A stretch of DNA of 64,000 nt from Lama glama. Taxonomy: Eukaryota. The stretch is taken from assembly GCA_028534125.1 (NCBI GenBank), contig CM052842.1:1736001-1800000 (forward strand), in the 5' to 3' direction. The translations under genes were made by a program, and so were the position numbers. Positions 23,215 through 35,555 of this stretch are shown here, one piece after another. How positions within the stretch are numbered: the stretch's first letter is position 1; each line of letters begins with the position of its first letter. The notes below the pieces were generated by a model. The model worked only from the letters and a program-made list of their open reading frames with translations. It had not been told where the DNA came from and ran no database searches.

Positions 23215-23899
23215 CAGAGCCTTCAAGTTCTCAGAATACAGCAAGAATAAGGGCCCGGGAGCCGAAGACCTGCCCTGCCCTGTGCATTTGTGTAAAGATC
23301 CCTTTTCTGGACCTCAGTTTCCTTATTTTTCCATTTTTCAAAAAATATCTGTCAGGAGCCTACTCAGTGCCGAGTGTCGTGGGAGGGGCCTGGTGACAGC
23401 CTCCTGCTTGCAGGTGGGTCAGCTGCTGGGCAGCTGGTTCCCACTCACTGTTCCCACCCTGTGGGGCTGGCCAGGTGTGGTCGTGAGGCGGGCTCAGGCT
23501 GGGCGGGGAGAGGTAGGCTGGACCAGAGGCAGGCCTGGTGTCGGGAGGGAGTGTCAGAAGAGGGGGCCCTGCCCCCACTGACTGAGACAGTGAGTTTGGG
23601 CCAGTGGGAGCGGATGGCGACATGCATCTCAGCACGCCCCTGGCACCGGGGTTCCTGCTCGGAGTGGCAGCCTGGTCTCTGGGCATCTGGAGAGCTGAGA
23701 TCAAGTCCTAGGCCTTTCCCAGACCCCTCGGATCAGAGGACAAAAGGTTTTGGAGCCAAGCTGAGGTGGGTGCGGACTGGCCGAGTAATCGCCAGCAAGA
23801 AGCAGCTTTGTGCTCCAGTTCTTCCTTCTGCGAATCGGAAATCACATCCAGACTGCCCTGCCCGCCCCAGTGCAAGCCGGGTTAATTTCCCCGATTGCT

Positions 23900-24175
23900 G
23901 CTGCTGGCTTGACCACCGACTGGCTTTGACCAGTGGATGTGAGTAGACAAGATATGAGACCTGGCCCCCATGCTTCTGCCATCCGCCTTGAGAAGAGCGA
24001 TCCTGGCAGCCACAGGTCCCAGAATGAGAGTCACAGAGCAGACAGACCTCAGACGGGCAACCCCACCCCAGCTACCCTACAGGCCTGAGAGCCAGAAAGA
24101 ATGTTCCTCATAAGTAACTGAGTTAGGAGGACGGTTTGTTACAAAGCATACCAGAGCAGAAACCTGACCCATACA
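23900..24175 (+). mobile_element. Old MaLR LTR (MLT1F-J group)
   Basis: GCTTTGACCAGTGGATGTGAGTAGA...GGTCCCAGAATGAGA...TTTGTTACAAAGCA...CTGACCCATACA end. Confidence 0.65.
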
Positions 24176-25429
24176 CAAGCTTCTATACCCCTGAGAAAAT
24201 ACTTGGACCTCCCTGCGCCCAAGCTCCCCATTCATAAAGATGAGAGGAACGTAGAGTTCCTGGGAAGGTTCAGTGCAGTTCTGAGTCTAACACGGGAAGC
24301 AGCTCAGTACCCCCGGCAAGGTCCTTGGCCGGCCACCGTCTTCTCCTGCTTGGCGTTTGCAGAGGGCACGTCCATCCATGATTGCACTGCACCCTCACAA
24401 TGCGCCTGTGGGCTGTTACTCTTGCAGCTGAGGAAACTGAGGCCCAGTGGGTGGATGGGAGGTGCCCTTGGCTGGCGGGTGGCCTCTCAGCCCCGGGAGG
24501 GGGCTGTGCCCCTCCTCCAACCTCGAGGGCTGAGCAGGCGCCAGCTGCCCTCCTGCAGGGACATTCTGCGCCTCTCTCTCCGGCTCCGGTCAGTGAAGGT
24601 GTGCGGGGCCAGACAGACGAACAGAGCTCCCAGGCGGAGTGCTCCCAGCATGAGTCCCTGAGGGCTCGGCTGCACAGGGGCTCGTCGTCCCAGGGCTCCC
24701 GCCCGGCAGGCAGACTCTGCGCGGCCGGCGCTTTGCTCAGGATGGGAGAGGTCGTGTCCCAGCCAGGGAAGGGCTGCCCGGGTGGCATCCATTAGTGAAG
24801 GAGGTTTGCCGAGATGGGAGCTCAGTGTCTCCACCTTCACTGTCCCTTGTGGTCTCCTCCCACGGCCACCAACACTCTCCACCCCCACAGGTCAATTCAA
24901 TCCAGCCACAGGGTGATTAAATCAGGGTCCCGTCAGGCTGATGGATGAGCTGACTGGACTGGGCCTTTGGACAGAGTCCAGTGAGGATGGGCCTCGCACA
25001 GAATGCACAGTTGCTAAGTGTGTGTCTCCACCTTTGCGTGACAGCTGGGTGCTGTGGACTGTCGTTCCCTTCACGACCTTTGACATCCACCGCTGGGTGC
25101 CGGCTACCATGCTCTGGACAGATGGGTCCCTGAGCTCCAAGCCCAGTGTCTGGGTAGGAGGGGCATAAAATCAACAAAACTGCCAGCAAGTGGCTGTAAG
25201 TGGTAGTGACGCCACAAAGCTGGGACAGAGGGGCGTCTTCACGGCAACAGAGTTGGATGGCGGTCGGCTCAGCACACGTGGCTACTGTGTGTCACGATAA
25301 AGTTGTAAGTGATGCCGTTAGACAGGAAGACCTGGGCCTGGCAACGATCTTTAACTATCAGCACAGATGCTTGGGTTTAATCTGGTGGATAATGGGAAAA
25401 CGTGGCGATCAGAGAGGAGAGGTGGCTTA

Positions 25430-25890
25430 TTACTAACCTTTTTATCCTCAGTAGCTGGCACATCAGGGCGCACCAGGGGCTCAGTTAATATCCACTTAAT
25501 GGATAGTGAATGGATGGATGGCCAGATGGATGAAAGGATGGATGGATGGGTGGATTGATGGATGGATGTGAGGGTGGGTGGATGGAGATGGTGATGAAAC
25601 TTAGGGGGTATGAATGAACAAATGGGTGGTGGATGGTGGAAGATGAATGGACAATAGTTGGAGGGAAAAGTGATGGACAGATGAAGGGATAGAAGACGGG
25701 CAGGTGTAGGTATGGATGCATGCTAGGGTGAAAGGGTGGGAAAGCAGACAATGGGTGGGTAGATGGATGAATGGGTGGATGGATGGATGAATGGGTAGAT
25801 GAAGGGGTGGGTGGGTGGATGATGAATGGGTGATAACGCACGGATGGGCGGGTTGGCCAATGATGAGTGACAGATGGATGAATACATTAG
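25430..25890 (+). repeat. L2 3' end followed by expanded (TGGA/TGAA)n repeat
   Basis: TTTATCCTCAGTAGCTGGCACATCAG...GCTCAGTTAATATC then ~390 bp of TGGATGGATGAA units. Confidence 0.85.
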
Positions 25891-26844
25891 TGAAGCTTGG
25901 ATGGGTGGGGGTGGACCCTGCCATCCCTGGAGCCAGCGTAGGTGGAGGAAAGGGGCTCTGGGGCTGGCACTTACCAGAGATGGTCACGTCTCTTCCTAGA
26001 AGGGGAGTCAGTGAGCCTCCATTCAAATGCAGGCTTCTATCTCCATGCCGTGTCCTTTGAAGCCTAAATTCCTTCATAATTGTGTCCCTGCATATTTGGG
26101 ATTAATCCACAGTTAGTGTCTTAAAATTTTTAATCACTAAAATGCTGTCAGGAAAGTCACTTAAGACTTGAGAAAGAGAGAGGAAGGGAGAGAGCGAGCG
26201 AGAGGGAGGGAAGGGAGGTGGCGGGGCGGGGGTGGCCCCACACTTCCCCTCCAGGCTGCTGGGGTGGGACCCCCGGCCCAGCAGGCTGGCTCCTGACCTG
26301 TGGAGCCTCTGTCCAATGGGTGCTCACTCCCCGGGTGTGAGCTGCCCCCGGGCCTGTCCCTGGCTGCGGCTGTGCCTCCGTCCCAGGAGCCCTGTCCCAG
26401 CACGGCCTCTGGCTGGTGCAGGACAGTTTCGTCTCCTGAAGACCTACTGTGAGCTCGCCGTCCGGTCCAGTGCCCAGCCACACCCCTGGCCCCCAGGGGG
26501 CCGAGCGTGTGCAGGAGCGCACAGGGTGAGAGCCGCGTCGGGCAGCCTCGGGAGAGGGAGAGCTGTCCGCATGGGTGTTCGTGGTCAGTCTTGGAGTCTT
26601 GGTGTCCGCGGGGGCTTGAATCCCAGCTGTGCCCCTTGTGCCACCTCCCTTCTCTGCCAGGACGGCTCCCTGCTCCCCACTTCCAAGCTGGGCCCAGGGC
26701 CTGTCTGAGAGCGCACAGTGCTTGTAAGGCTGGCGGCCGGCCAGTCGGGGGACTGAGTGAGGTCACAGACCCCTGCGCCTGCCGGGAGGGACGGTGGGGC
26801 CGCAGGTGGACGGCCCGTGATGAGCCAAACCCCCAGGGATCCTG

Positions 26845-27025
26845 ATTGTCTTCTTAGCTGTTCTTTGAATTCTTACTTAATTTTATATGAAGCTTTATGC
26901 AATACTGACAGAAGTACCCAATAAGGTAATAGAGCAACCCTAGTGACCTGTGATAAGAGTCAATGAATTATGAGAAGTAACAGTTTAAATAAGCTGTGCT
27001 TTTAGAATAAAAAACAAGCTCTTGC
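26845..27025. promoter_or_regulatory. AT-rich island, candidate enhancer
   Basis: TTAATTTTATATG, TTTATG, CTGACAG, TGATAA, GAATTATG. Confidence 0.35.
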
Positions 27026-28149
27026 CCTCAACAGCCCTGTGAGTGGATCGGGCCCGTCGCCCCACCGTCCGGAAGCAAGGGACTGAAGACAGGCTGCTTG
27101 ACCCCACGTTGCTGGCAGGCGAGGACCAGAGCCGGCAGGCGAGGACCAGTGGCCGCATCACGGGCCACTGGTGCCCCAGCTCCTGCCCTGAAATGCCCCT
27201 CTGTCCTCGTCCTTGTCCTCTGGGGTCCCGCGGGCTTTCCCAGCCAGTGCCTGCCCTTCCTGCTGCCAGTGGCTGGCGAAGGGGAGGCCAGCCGCGGCAA
27301 GTGGTCGGATCGCATGAGTGTGTGATTTGCAAGGGCTGCATGTAATCATGTTAATTAAAGTTTGACGGATTGGGAGCGGCTCGCGGGTGGAGGGAGAACG
27401 TCCAGCTCAGGGCAGTCAGTGATGTGTTTAGCATTCGTGTGCCCCTGGCTGAGATACTCAGGGGATGGGGACCAGCCGTGTTCGTCTGCTGGAAAAGAGC
27501 AAACCCAGCATTTCCCTGAGCTGGCGGCCAGGCGGGGTGGCAAGGGAGAACTGTTGTTCGCTCCGGTGAGCCTCCGCAATGCCTGTCCTGCCAGGGGACA
27601 TCAGGCCATTCGCACCTCCTATCTTTGCCCCAGATTGTCCCTGTCAGCCTGTCCCGGGCTGAAACGCTGGAGGCCCCGCCCTCAGCAGTGTGGCTCCCCC
27701 GGCTCCTGCCCACCCAACACTGCTGCCTGCCCCGTGCATGCAGATCCCGGAGTGGGGCTGGCCCAGGGTCCTGGCCCACACCGTTCCCTTGCCTCACCTC
27801 CTGCAACTCACGCCTCAGCCCCTCTCCTGGTCAGCTCAGGGTGACAAGTGCACAGGGCCTGTGGGCCAGTGGATGAGTACTGGCCGGCTGCAGCGCTGTG
27901 CTAAGAAAGATACCAAGGCTGCGTCTGGGCTCCGCGGAGGCTCTGTCCGCAGTGTCTGCAGGAGGAGGGCACGGCGCCGAGGGCCAGCCCCTTCCTGGCC
28001 TCCTCCCTCTCCAGTCTCGGCCTTTCTGGATCTCGCTTTCTTAGGATTGTGGGGTGCTTGAGATGGGCCCCGAGTCCAACAGGCATTTCTGTTTGCAGAT
28101 TGCACCAGCCCCCAGAGAGGGGAGAGGCAGTCCAGGCTCCCCACGTGGG

Positions 28150-28292
28150 CACGAGCTTACAGGCAAGTGAGCAGGGAGGTCTCGTTGCCTTGATTCTGGA
28201 CTTTCAGCCTCAGGTCGCGAGAGAGGAGACTTCTGTTGTTTAAAGATGCCCACTTTGTGGTAATTTTATGACAACCCTAGGAAATGCTCACC
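28150..28292 (+). mobile_element. MLT1 LTR 3' fragment
   Basis: CCTTGATTCTGGACTTTCAGCCTC...TTCTGTTGTTTAAAG...TTTGTGGTAATTTTATGACAACCCTAGGAAA. Confidence 0.8.
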
Positions 28293-28849
28293 CCCTACGG
28301 CCGTGGCGACCATCCGCAGGTCTGCCACAGCTTGGGGATGCCTGCCAGACTGGCCCTCACCACCTCCTGCTCACTTTGACAAGCAGGACCACTGTCCTCA
28401 CCACAGCTCTGCCACTGGCACCATGTCACGTCCCTCTCGCACGTGGACAGCGTGCATCTGCTTCATGCCCTGGGCTGGGGGCTTCCTGTATCTCATGTGA
28501 TGCCCACAGCAGCTTCAGAGAAAAGGTCGATGGCCTCTGTTTCTGATGCCACCGTTCTGCCTCCAAGAGGCACCACTGGGCTCCGTCTGCCCGGCGCTCC
28601 CGTCCCCCATCTGCCATCTGTCCCGGGGGCACCCACTCTCCTGGGCTGGGATGGCCACTGAGCGGGGTGCAGACTTGTCCCGTGTGTGGATACTGGGCGC
28701 TGGCTACTGTGGGGTGCAGGCGTCCATGCGCGACGGGGAGCCAGCGTTCTTTGCTCGGGGGGAGATACAAGCCCAGATGTGACAGAGCAGCATCATCGCA
28801 CTGGACAGCTCCCTCGGATCCCAGATAAGCTGTCTGTCGGGCTGCTTCT

Positions 28850-29070
28850 CCAGTCACTCGCTATCTGGCTTTATTTCGCTGTAATAGCGGGGAAGACGCA
28901 GTTGGTAATGACCCGTGACAGCTGCTGTATTGATGTTCCCAGGCTTGGGGAGAGAGAGAGAGCAAAAAGGAAAAAAAAAACCACACTTGATAAAAGTATG
29001 ATTGAAGATTAATAGTTGTCTGGTGACGATTCACAATGAAACAGGCCGTAAAGAGATTACTTGTCTGCAG
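28850..29070. promoter_or_regulatory. AT-rich island, candidate enhancer
   Basis: GGTAATGA, TGACAGCTG, TATTGATG, GATTAAT, ACAATG, GAGATTAC. Confidence 0.35.
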
Positions 29071-29583
29071 AGCCGAGTTGCTCTCGGCAGCAGGCTGCGG
29101 GGAAGCTGGCGTTTCAGAGCGGACACCGCCGGGCGGGGAGGGACAGGACTCCTCCGTGTGGGGCCACCGGACAGCCCCAGGGCTTGTGGTGATTTCAAGA
29201 GCCCTCAGCCAGGGACTTGGAAGATTTCCAGCCCGGGGAGGGCAGATGGAAATTGCTTTGGAACTATTTATTTATTTATACTCCACCATGTTTCAGAAAG
29301 GATTTAGAGAGGCTTAGAAATTGCTTTGTCTAAGAAGCTCCTGGTAATCCTCAAGGCTCTTCCCAAGGCGGGTGCAGCTGATTCTGGGCATCAGAGTGTT
29401 GGGAGGGGGAGGCTGAGCCAGGAGGCTACGCAGACAGTAAGGAACCTGGGTCCTGTTGAGTTGAAGGGTCCTCAATGTCATGAGGGTAACTGGGTGGAAA
29501 AGCCAGGGCTGAAGACACTCACCCACCGCCCCACCCCCATCCCTCCCTCCATCCGTGCATTCATTCAAACCCTGCGTTTCCTG

Positions 29584-29960
29584 TGAACTTTTGTTCATCA
29601 GAAGAAACCAAGAAGACTTGTTACAAACTGAGACAAGGTATCTGCTGCAAACATGAGCAAGGAAAGGTCAATGCCCAGAATACACGGAGGCAAACTCGCT
29701 CTGGTAACCCCAGACCAAAGGGGAGAATCGCGCGCTGGAGCCGCACAGAGGACACTCCCTTGGCCGGGGAAGACAGGAAGACAGGCTTCGTCCCGAGCAC
29801 CAGGGGAGGCAGGTCAAAGTCACTGAGGCTGTGACGCTGTCAGTTTCATTCGACAAAACTACGAATTGGCGATGAGGTTTCCCCGAGCTGGGGCAGCAGG
29901 GGAACGGAAAGCGCGGGGCGGGGAGTCAAGCCCGGGCGGGCGCTGCTGCGGCTCTGGCTG
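29584..29960 (+). mobile_element. Old L1 (L1M/L1ME) ORF2 3' fragment, sense strand
   Basis: Translation NFCSSEETKK resembles L1 ORF2 KNFCSSKDTIK; GCCCAGAATACAC. Confidence 0.55.
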
Positions 29961-30012
29961 GCTGGGCGTCACGAGGGCTTACTACGTTTCACAAATAACA
30001 GACCACAAGCCT

Positions 30013-30441
30013 AAGTGGGCTAGCTCCAAGGCGACCAGGACAAATCGGCACAGATCGGGCAGTTTAAAACAACAGGAACTCATTCCTGCCTGGCTCTGGA
30101 GGCCAGAAGTCTGCTGTCAAGGCGGCGGCCAGATGCGCTCTCTCTGAAATTCTTGCCTCTTCCAGCCCCTGGTGGCTCCAGGGGTTTCTTGGCTGTGGCA
30201 GCGCCACTCCTGTCTGTGTTTCTGTCTTCACAGGGCCTCCCTCCTGGATGTCCCTCTGCGTCCTCTGTGTCTTATAAAAACAGTAGCCATTGAAATAAGG
30301 TCCCACTCTAAAGTTAGGGTCATCTCATTTTGAGTTCTTCAGTTACATCTGAAAATAGCTCTTTTCTGAATAAGGTCACATTCACGGTTTCTGGGGCTTA
30401 AGGCACGAACTTACCTTTGGGGATGCTTGTTACCCACTGCA
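30013..30441 (-). mobile_element. MaLR solo LTR, MLT1C-like
   Basis: TTTAAAACAACAGGAACTCATT, CTCTGGAGGCCAGAAGTC, TTGCCTCTTCCAGC, TCTTATAAAAACA, AATAAGGTCACATTCAC. Confidence 0.85.
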
Positions 30442-30769
30442 GTGAGGAGGTGAGGAAACGGAGTGGAGCTGGGTGTGAACAGGGGCGGAAATGGATCACG
30501 TGAGGAGCATTTGGGTTAATCTGGGGTCTTTTAAATCAGAACAACCACGTAATGCAGACTGGGCCCTCGAGGGTCTGTGAGAGGGTGAGGGACTCCTGAG
30601 GGACTCTAGCCAAATTCCTGCGCTCAGGACCACCTGCCTGGCCGGAGCTGGGGTGGCCCCTAGGAGCCGGGTCTGAGGTCTCCAGTCCTCAGGGGCTGCT
30701 GCTCCCCTGGGGTTTCTGTGCACAGTGACGACAGCACCCAGCCCCCGCCCGGGAGGCCTTCTCCTGTGG

Positions 30770-31162
30770 GGTGTGAGTGCATGTACAAGTGTGCACGTGT
30801 GTTTGTGGGCTGTGGGTGTGCAGGTGTGATATGTACACATGTGTGTTCATGTGGACACATGTGCCTGCGGGTGCATGTGTGCTGTGTGTACATGCACACA
30901 AGGCATACGTGTGCGTGATGTGCATGTCTGTGCACGCGTGTCTGTGTGTGAACACGTGTCATGCGTGTACACATGTTCTCTGTGCATGTGTACGAGGTAC
31001 ATGTGTGATACATGCATGTCTGTGCCTGTGTTGTGTGCATGCATGTGCACACATGTTTTGTATGTGTGCCGTGTACATGTGTGAGAGGTGCATGTCTGTA
31101 CTTGTGTACGTGTGCATCGTGTGTGCGATGGGTGCACGTGTGTGCACACCCATGTACGTGTG
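30770..31162. repeat. TG-rich alternating purine-pyrimidine repeat
   Basis: ~390 bp of TGTG/TGCA/CATG/TACA/CACG units. Confidence 0.9.
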
Positions 31163-31334
31163 ACGCTCACAGACGACGCATCAGGGTTCTCGGTGTGGGG
31201 AAGGAGGCCCCTGGCAGGATTCCGAGAAGCCGCGGCTCAGAGAGGTGGAGGTGGCTCCTGGTCCCTCGTGGGCTCCGCCGCCTCCTGACCCTGGTCCATG
31301 GGCAGCGCTTGCTCTGCTCTGCTCCATCTCCCAG

Positions 31335-31515
31335 CCTCCTCTTCATTTATATTTCTTTGTTCTAGTTTATGAATCTTCATAAGCTGTCTTAAATCCTTTT
31401 TGAACAAGGCAGGGCAGAAAGAGATAAATAAATAAAAATCCCAAGCTGCCAATTTTAAGACGTCGTTCCCAGGGCCGCCTCGTTCCGGGAAAGATCCATT
31501 TATTACCCCTGACAA
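31335..31515. promoter_or_regulatory. AT-rich island, candidate enhancer
   Basis: TTTATGA, ATAAATAAATAAAA, TGCCAA, CATTTATTA, TGACA. Confidence 0.3.
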
Positions 31516-32093
31516 CCCCTCACCCAGGCCCTGGGCGCTTCTGGGCTCAGAAAAATGAGCTGGTCCTCATCGTCCTGCTAACATTTACAAAGTGTCTTCC
31601 AGGTCCTGACTCGGAGCAGGGGAGGTCGTCCCCCGCAGCTGGGGGTGAGGACGGGAGCCGGGGCCTGGGGGTCCCGGCCCGAGCTGAAGTGCGTGGCCTG
31701 GCAAGCAGCCGGCAGCTCCACGCCCACCAGGGATCCCAGGCAGGTATATGCAGCCCCGTCCCCAACAAACAACTAGCACCATCGAGAACCTAGTATGTGC
31801 AACCTGGGCGGGGGGCGCACAGCACAGAAACCGTCTCCTAGGAAACATTTGCTTCAGTCAAGCACAGGCCTCCGAGCAATCACCTGCCTTCTGCTTCCCC
31901 AGCGCAGAGATCTTCAGAACGGGGCTCAGTTTTAGACGCTGGGGCCAGCAGGGCTCCCAGGCAGGGGAGAGCTCAGTGCTTGCTGACTGCTTGATCGATT
32001 GATGGATTGGTCAGGAGACCAAGAAAGTCGTGCTGTTAAGTAGAAGCTGGACTAGAAAGCGAGCGAGTTTGCTTCTCCATCAAATAGACCAGG

Positions 32094-32131
32094 ATGCGTG
32101 TGTGTGTGTGTGTGTGCGCGCGCGCGCGTGT
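32094..32131. repeat. (TG)9(CG)6 compound microsatellite
   Basis: Uninterrupted purine-pyrimidine alternation of 38 bp. Confidence 0.95.
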
Positions 32132-33309
32132 CTGGACCAGCGTCCGGACTGGGTCATTTTCGCCCTTACACTGATGCTGTTTTTAGTGCCTCAGACGTAA
32201 ATCAATAGCCAACTCCTTTCATTGTGAGAACAGTAGGAGAGTGAGCGTGCGTGAGTGTGTGTGTGTGTTGAAGGTGGGGCAGGTGACATTCGAGGCTTTG
32301 CTGAAACACATGCTCAGTGAACATCCACCGAGGGAGTAACTGAGAAGCTGGATCTGCGGGTAGTGGATGGGTGTGGGTTTTTGGTCACTGGGCTGCCCTT
32401 GGAATTGACCTTGATGAGAGATCCGTGGTCCCATGGAAAGCACATGGGGTTAGACACTGGGCTCTGGTCCTGATCCTGGCGTTTCCTGGCCTTTCCTAGG
32501 ACGACTTAATCAGATCTTCTGTCCACCTAATGATGTTGCTGTAAGGACCAAATGTTTGCGTCTCAAAGCACAAACGCTCAAAAAGTTCAAATGGGTAACA
32601 AGGACATCCCAGTCATTCTCTGTGCAGGATGAGGAACGGTGGACGCCAGTTAAAACCCACACGCATTCATCATGTTAGCGCGTGAAATACATCAACGGCA
32701 AGAGCAGGGAGCTGCGGTTGGGTGAGGGGGCCAGCGATGAAGCGGACAAGCCGTGGGGGGCTGAGGACTCCGGCTCCCCTCACCTGTGAAGTGAGGGGTC
32801 AGACTCAGGGTCGGTGAGGTCAGGCCCATCAAGCTTGTGGGAACGAGGTTCTTTTTCATCCTGTACGGTCGGTGCCTCCTTTCACTGGAGTGGAGAGCCC
32901 GGAGAATCCGGCCCCAGGCACCTCCAGTGTATCCTCCCATACTCACCTCCCCCAGGGGACCGGCGAGGCTGGCCACCACTGCTTCCAGGTCTGCCCCCTC
33001 CTTCCACCTGGAGGAACGGAGGACGGAGAGCTACCTGGTGGGGTGACCTAAGGATGATAAAAGGCAGGTGGGATGCCGAGCACAGAGCCTAGAATGTCGG
33101 ACAGAGTCGATGCCATAAAAGGGCTTCTGCACATTTTATCAGCAAGGATACGGTTGACAAGCCGTGGAGAAACGCAGAGTGGCCGGTGGTCCCCTGGGGG
33201 GGGGGGCAGATAAAGCCATGGGCAGAGGGCGAGGCTTACTAGCCGCACAAACTTGGGAAAGCGTCCCGGACTCTCTGAGCCCTGGTTTCTTCGTCTCTAA
33301 AACGGGCGT

Positions 33310-33759
33310 TGAATGTGGGTTGAAGTGTGTCCCCCTCCAAGCACACCCAAGCCGTAGCCCCAGGCACCCGGGGCGTGGCCTTTGGAAGTAGGTCTCTGCA
33401 GGTGGGATTCAGATGAGGTCACAGTGGAGTGCGCTGGGCCGCCAGTCGGTGGGACTGGTGTCCTCACAAGAAGAGGGAAGTTTGGACACAGACACACACC
33501 CTGGTGCGAAGGCCGTGTGAGGTCCGGGCAGAGACTGGCTGGGCGCAGCCACGAGCCCGAGACGCCAGGGGTGCTGTGAAGCCGCGGGAGCCGGGAGGAG
33601 GCGGAGAGCGACCTCTGCCCTGGGGCCTCCGGAGGGACCGCGCTTGCTGACTCCTCGATCTCAGACTGCTGGCCTGCAGACTGGGGGACAGTACATTTCT
33701 GCTGTTTGAAGCTGCCCCAGTTGTGGCACTTGCTGTGACAGCGCCAGGAAACTGGTGCG
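33310..33759 (+). mobile_element. MaLR solo LTR, MLT1B/C-like
   Basis: TGGGTTGAAGTGTGTCCCCC, TTTGGAAGTAGGTCTCTGCAG, GACTGGTGTCCTCACAAGAAGAGG, TACATTTCTGCTGTTTGAAGC, CCAGGAAACT. Confidence 0.85.
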
Positions 33760-34352
33760 TGGACTGCCAACCTCAGCCCCGCGGGAGACCCCCAGCCCCG
33801 CCGCGTGCAGCTTCTGATGGGAAGCGGTGCGCCTGTAGGAGCAATTTCTGCCGCGGCGGGGCTGGCGCAGCCGCTTGTGGGAGCAGGCGGCCCTCTCAAG
33901 TCCCCTCCCAGCGGGGTGGTCTGCAGAGGAACAGAGGGGTCCCAACCAGATGATAGCTTCCCCTCCCTCCTTAGCGTCTTACTTGCTTTTTCCCGTGATT
34001 GTCTAATCACTCAAAAATTTACTCTGGTCAGAGAGAGCATTGGGGCAGGGAGAGGACGCCGCCGCGGCCCTCGGTCTGGGGGGTCGCGGAGGCGGAAGCG
34101 GACGACCTTCCTCTGATGTGTCACGTGCAGCACGTGGAATGCACACAAGGCACCGCGACCGGGAGCAGGGCGCGCCGCGAGCCTGACGCCGGGCGGACCC
34201 CCACAGGGGGAGAAGACTGGCAGGCGGTGGGGACGAGGAGGGCGTGGCCCTGGGGCCCAGCTGTGTCTACGGTGACGGTGACGAGATGCTGGGGGCGGGG
34301 AGCTCCGGGCTCCGCGGGGACGCAGAGTTGGGGAGGACATTTCACGGAGGGT

Positions 34353-34444
34353 CTCGCGCCACACGGGGCTGCGCTCTGCCTGTAGTCACCAGGGCCCCCT
34401 CGCGCCACACAGGGCTGCGCTCTGCCTGTAGTCACCAGGGCCCC
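34353..34444. repeat. 46-bp tandem duplication (2 copies, 1 mismatch)
   Basis: CTCGCGCCACAC(G/A)GGGCTGCGCTCTGCCTGTAGTCACCAGGGCCCC at 34353-34398 and 34399-34444. Confidence 0.95.
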
Positions 34445-35359
34445 TCCTGGACAGCCGTGCGTGTGGACCAGGGCCTTGGGAAGCGCAAATCCCTGCTGTC
34501 CCAGAAACGGAGGTCATGGCCCCTGCTGGCTTGCGGGCTTGTCCTGATGGGAATTCGTTCTGCTCGGACCATGGAAAAGCCACAGCCTCTGGGTGCCCCC
34601 GGGATCTGGAAAGACTCTCCCAAGACCCCACGAGGGAGTTTCCACATTGTGTCCTAGCGCTTCTCCCAACGTTTTTCTTGGCTGTCAGACGTCGACTTTT
34701 AATTCTGTCACCGTGTCCAGGAGCTCCTGTCTCCCGTGCTAACCATACGACCTGGGGACAAACTCAGGGGCCTCCGGAGAGCACGTGAGGCACGGACAGC
34801 GCGGGTGGTGAGGGGCCGGCAATGCGGCATGCGGCCGGGGCTCTGCGGTGACCTGCGCAGCGGCCGGAGAGGCAGGCGGAGGCGAGGCCGCTGGAGAGGG
34901 ACCTTGTGAACAAAGCGCCCGCCCGTCCACGGCGCAGGGGAGACGTGGCCCTGCTCCCTCATCGGCACTGCGGTGCCTCGGGCGTCTGGGATTCCCGGCG
35001 CTGCAGACACGGGAGCTTTTGCTCCCTTCAGGAAGGGACCGGAGGGACAGTTGCACTTCCCCCCCACGCGGTGGGGGCCACTTCGCAAGGGCTGGGTGAC
35101 AGTAACAGATGGGGGAAAACGGCCTCAGGGAGGTGCTTTCTTCCCACTCCCGGAGCAGAAGGTAACATTTGCTTGTTCTGCTCAGGTCGAATTACCGTGT
35201 TAATTATTCAAGAGATTGAATGTGATCCCACCAGAATCCGCATACCGGATCCAAGGGGGAACCAGAAACAAAATCGATGGCTCCAAAGGCCTTGGCAGCT
35301 AATGAATAATCAAGTGTCCTCCCGCTCAGAGTTTAACTGAGAAAGAGCAGGTTACACGA

Positions 35360-35555
35360 TGTGCAGACAAGACAGATGAGGGAGAGAGCGCTAATGGATG
35401 GATGGACAGTAGATAATCGAACGGCAGCTCGAGATGACAGACTGACAGAGGGAAGAGAGACAGGATGCTAGCTAGCTAGCCGGCTGGATGATAAACCAAA
35501 CGGCAGACCGACAGACAGACAGAGCTAGACAGGCGAAAGAGAGAGGCGTAGACGG
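35360..35555. repeat. Degenerate (GACA/GATG/GATA)n repeat
   Basis: AGACAGACAG, GATGGATGG, GCTAGCTAG units. Confidence 0.7.

Noticed and set aside
30496-31365. Cys/Val/His-rich ORFs resembling metal-binding proteins
   Set aside because: Translation of a TG/CA alternating repeat.
34353-34444. CRISPR-like repeat
   Set aside because: Two adjacent copies with no spacer, eukaryotic context, no cas genes.
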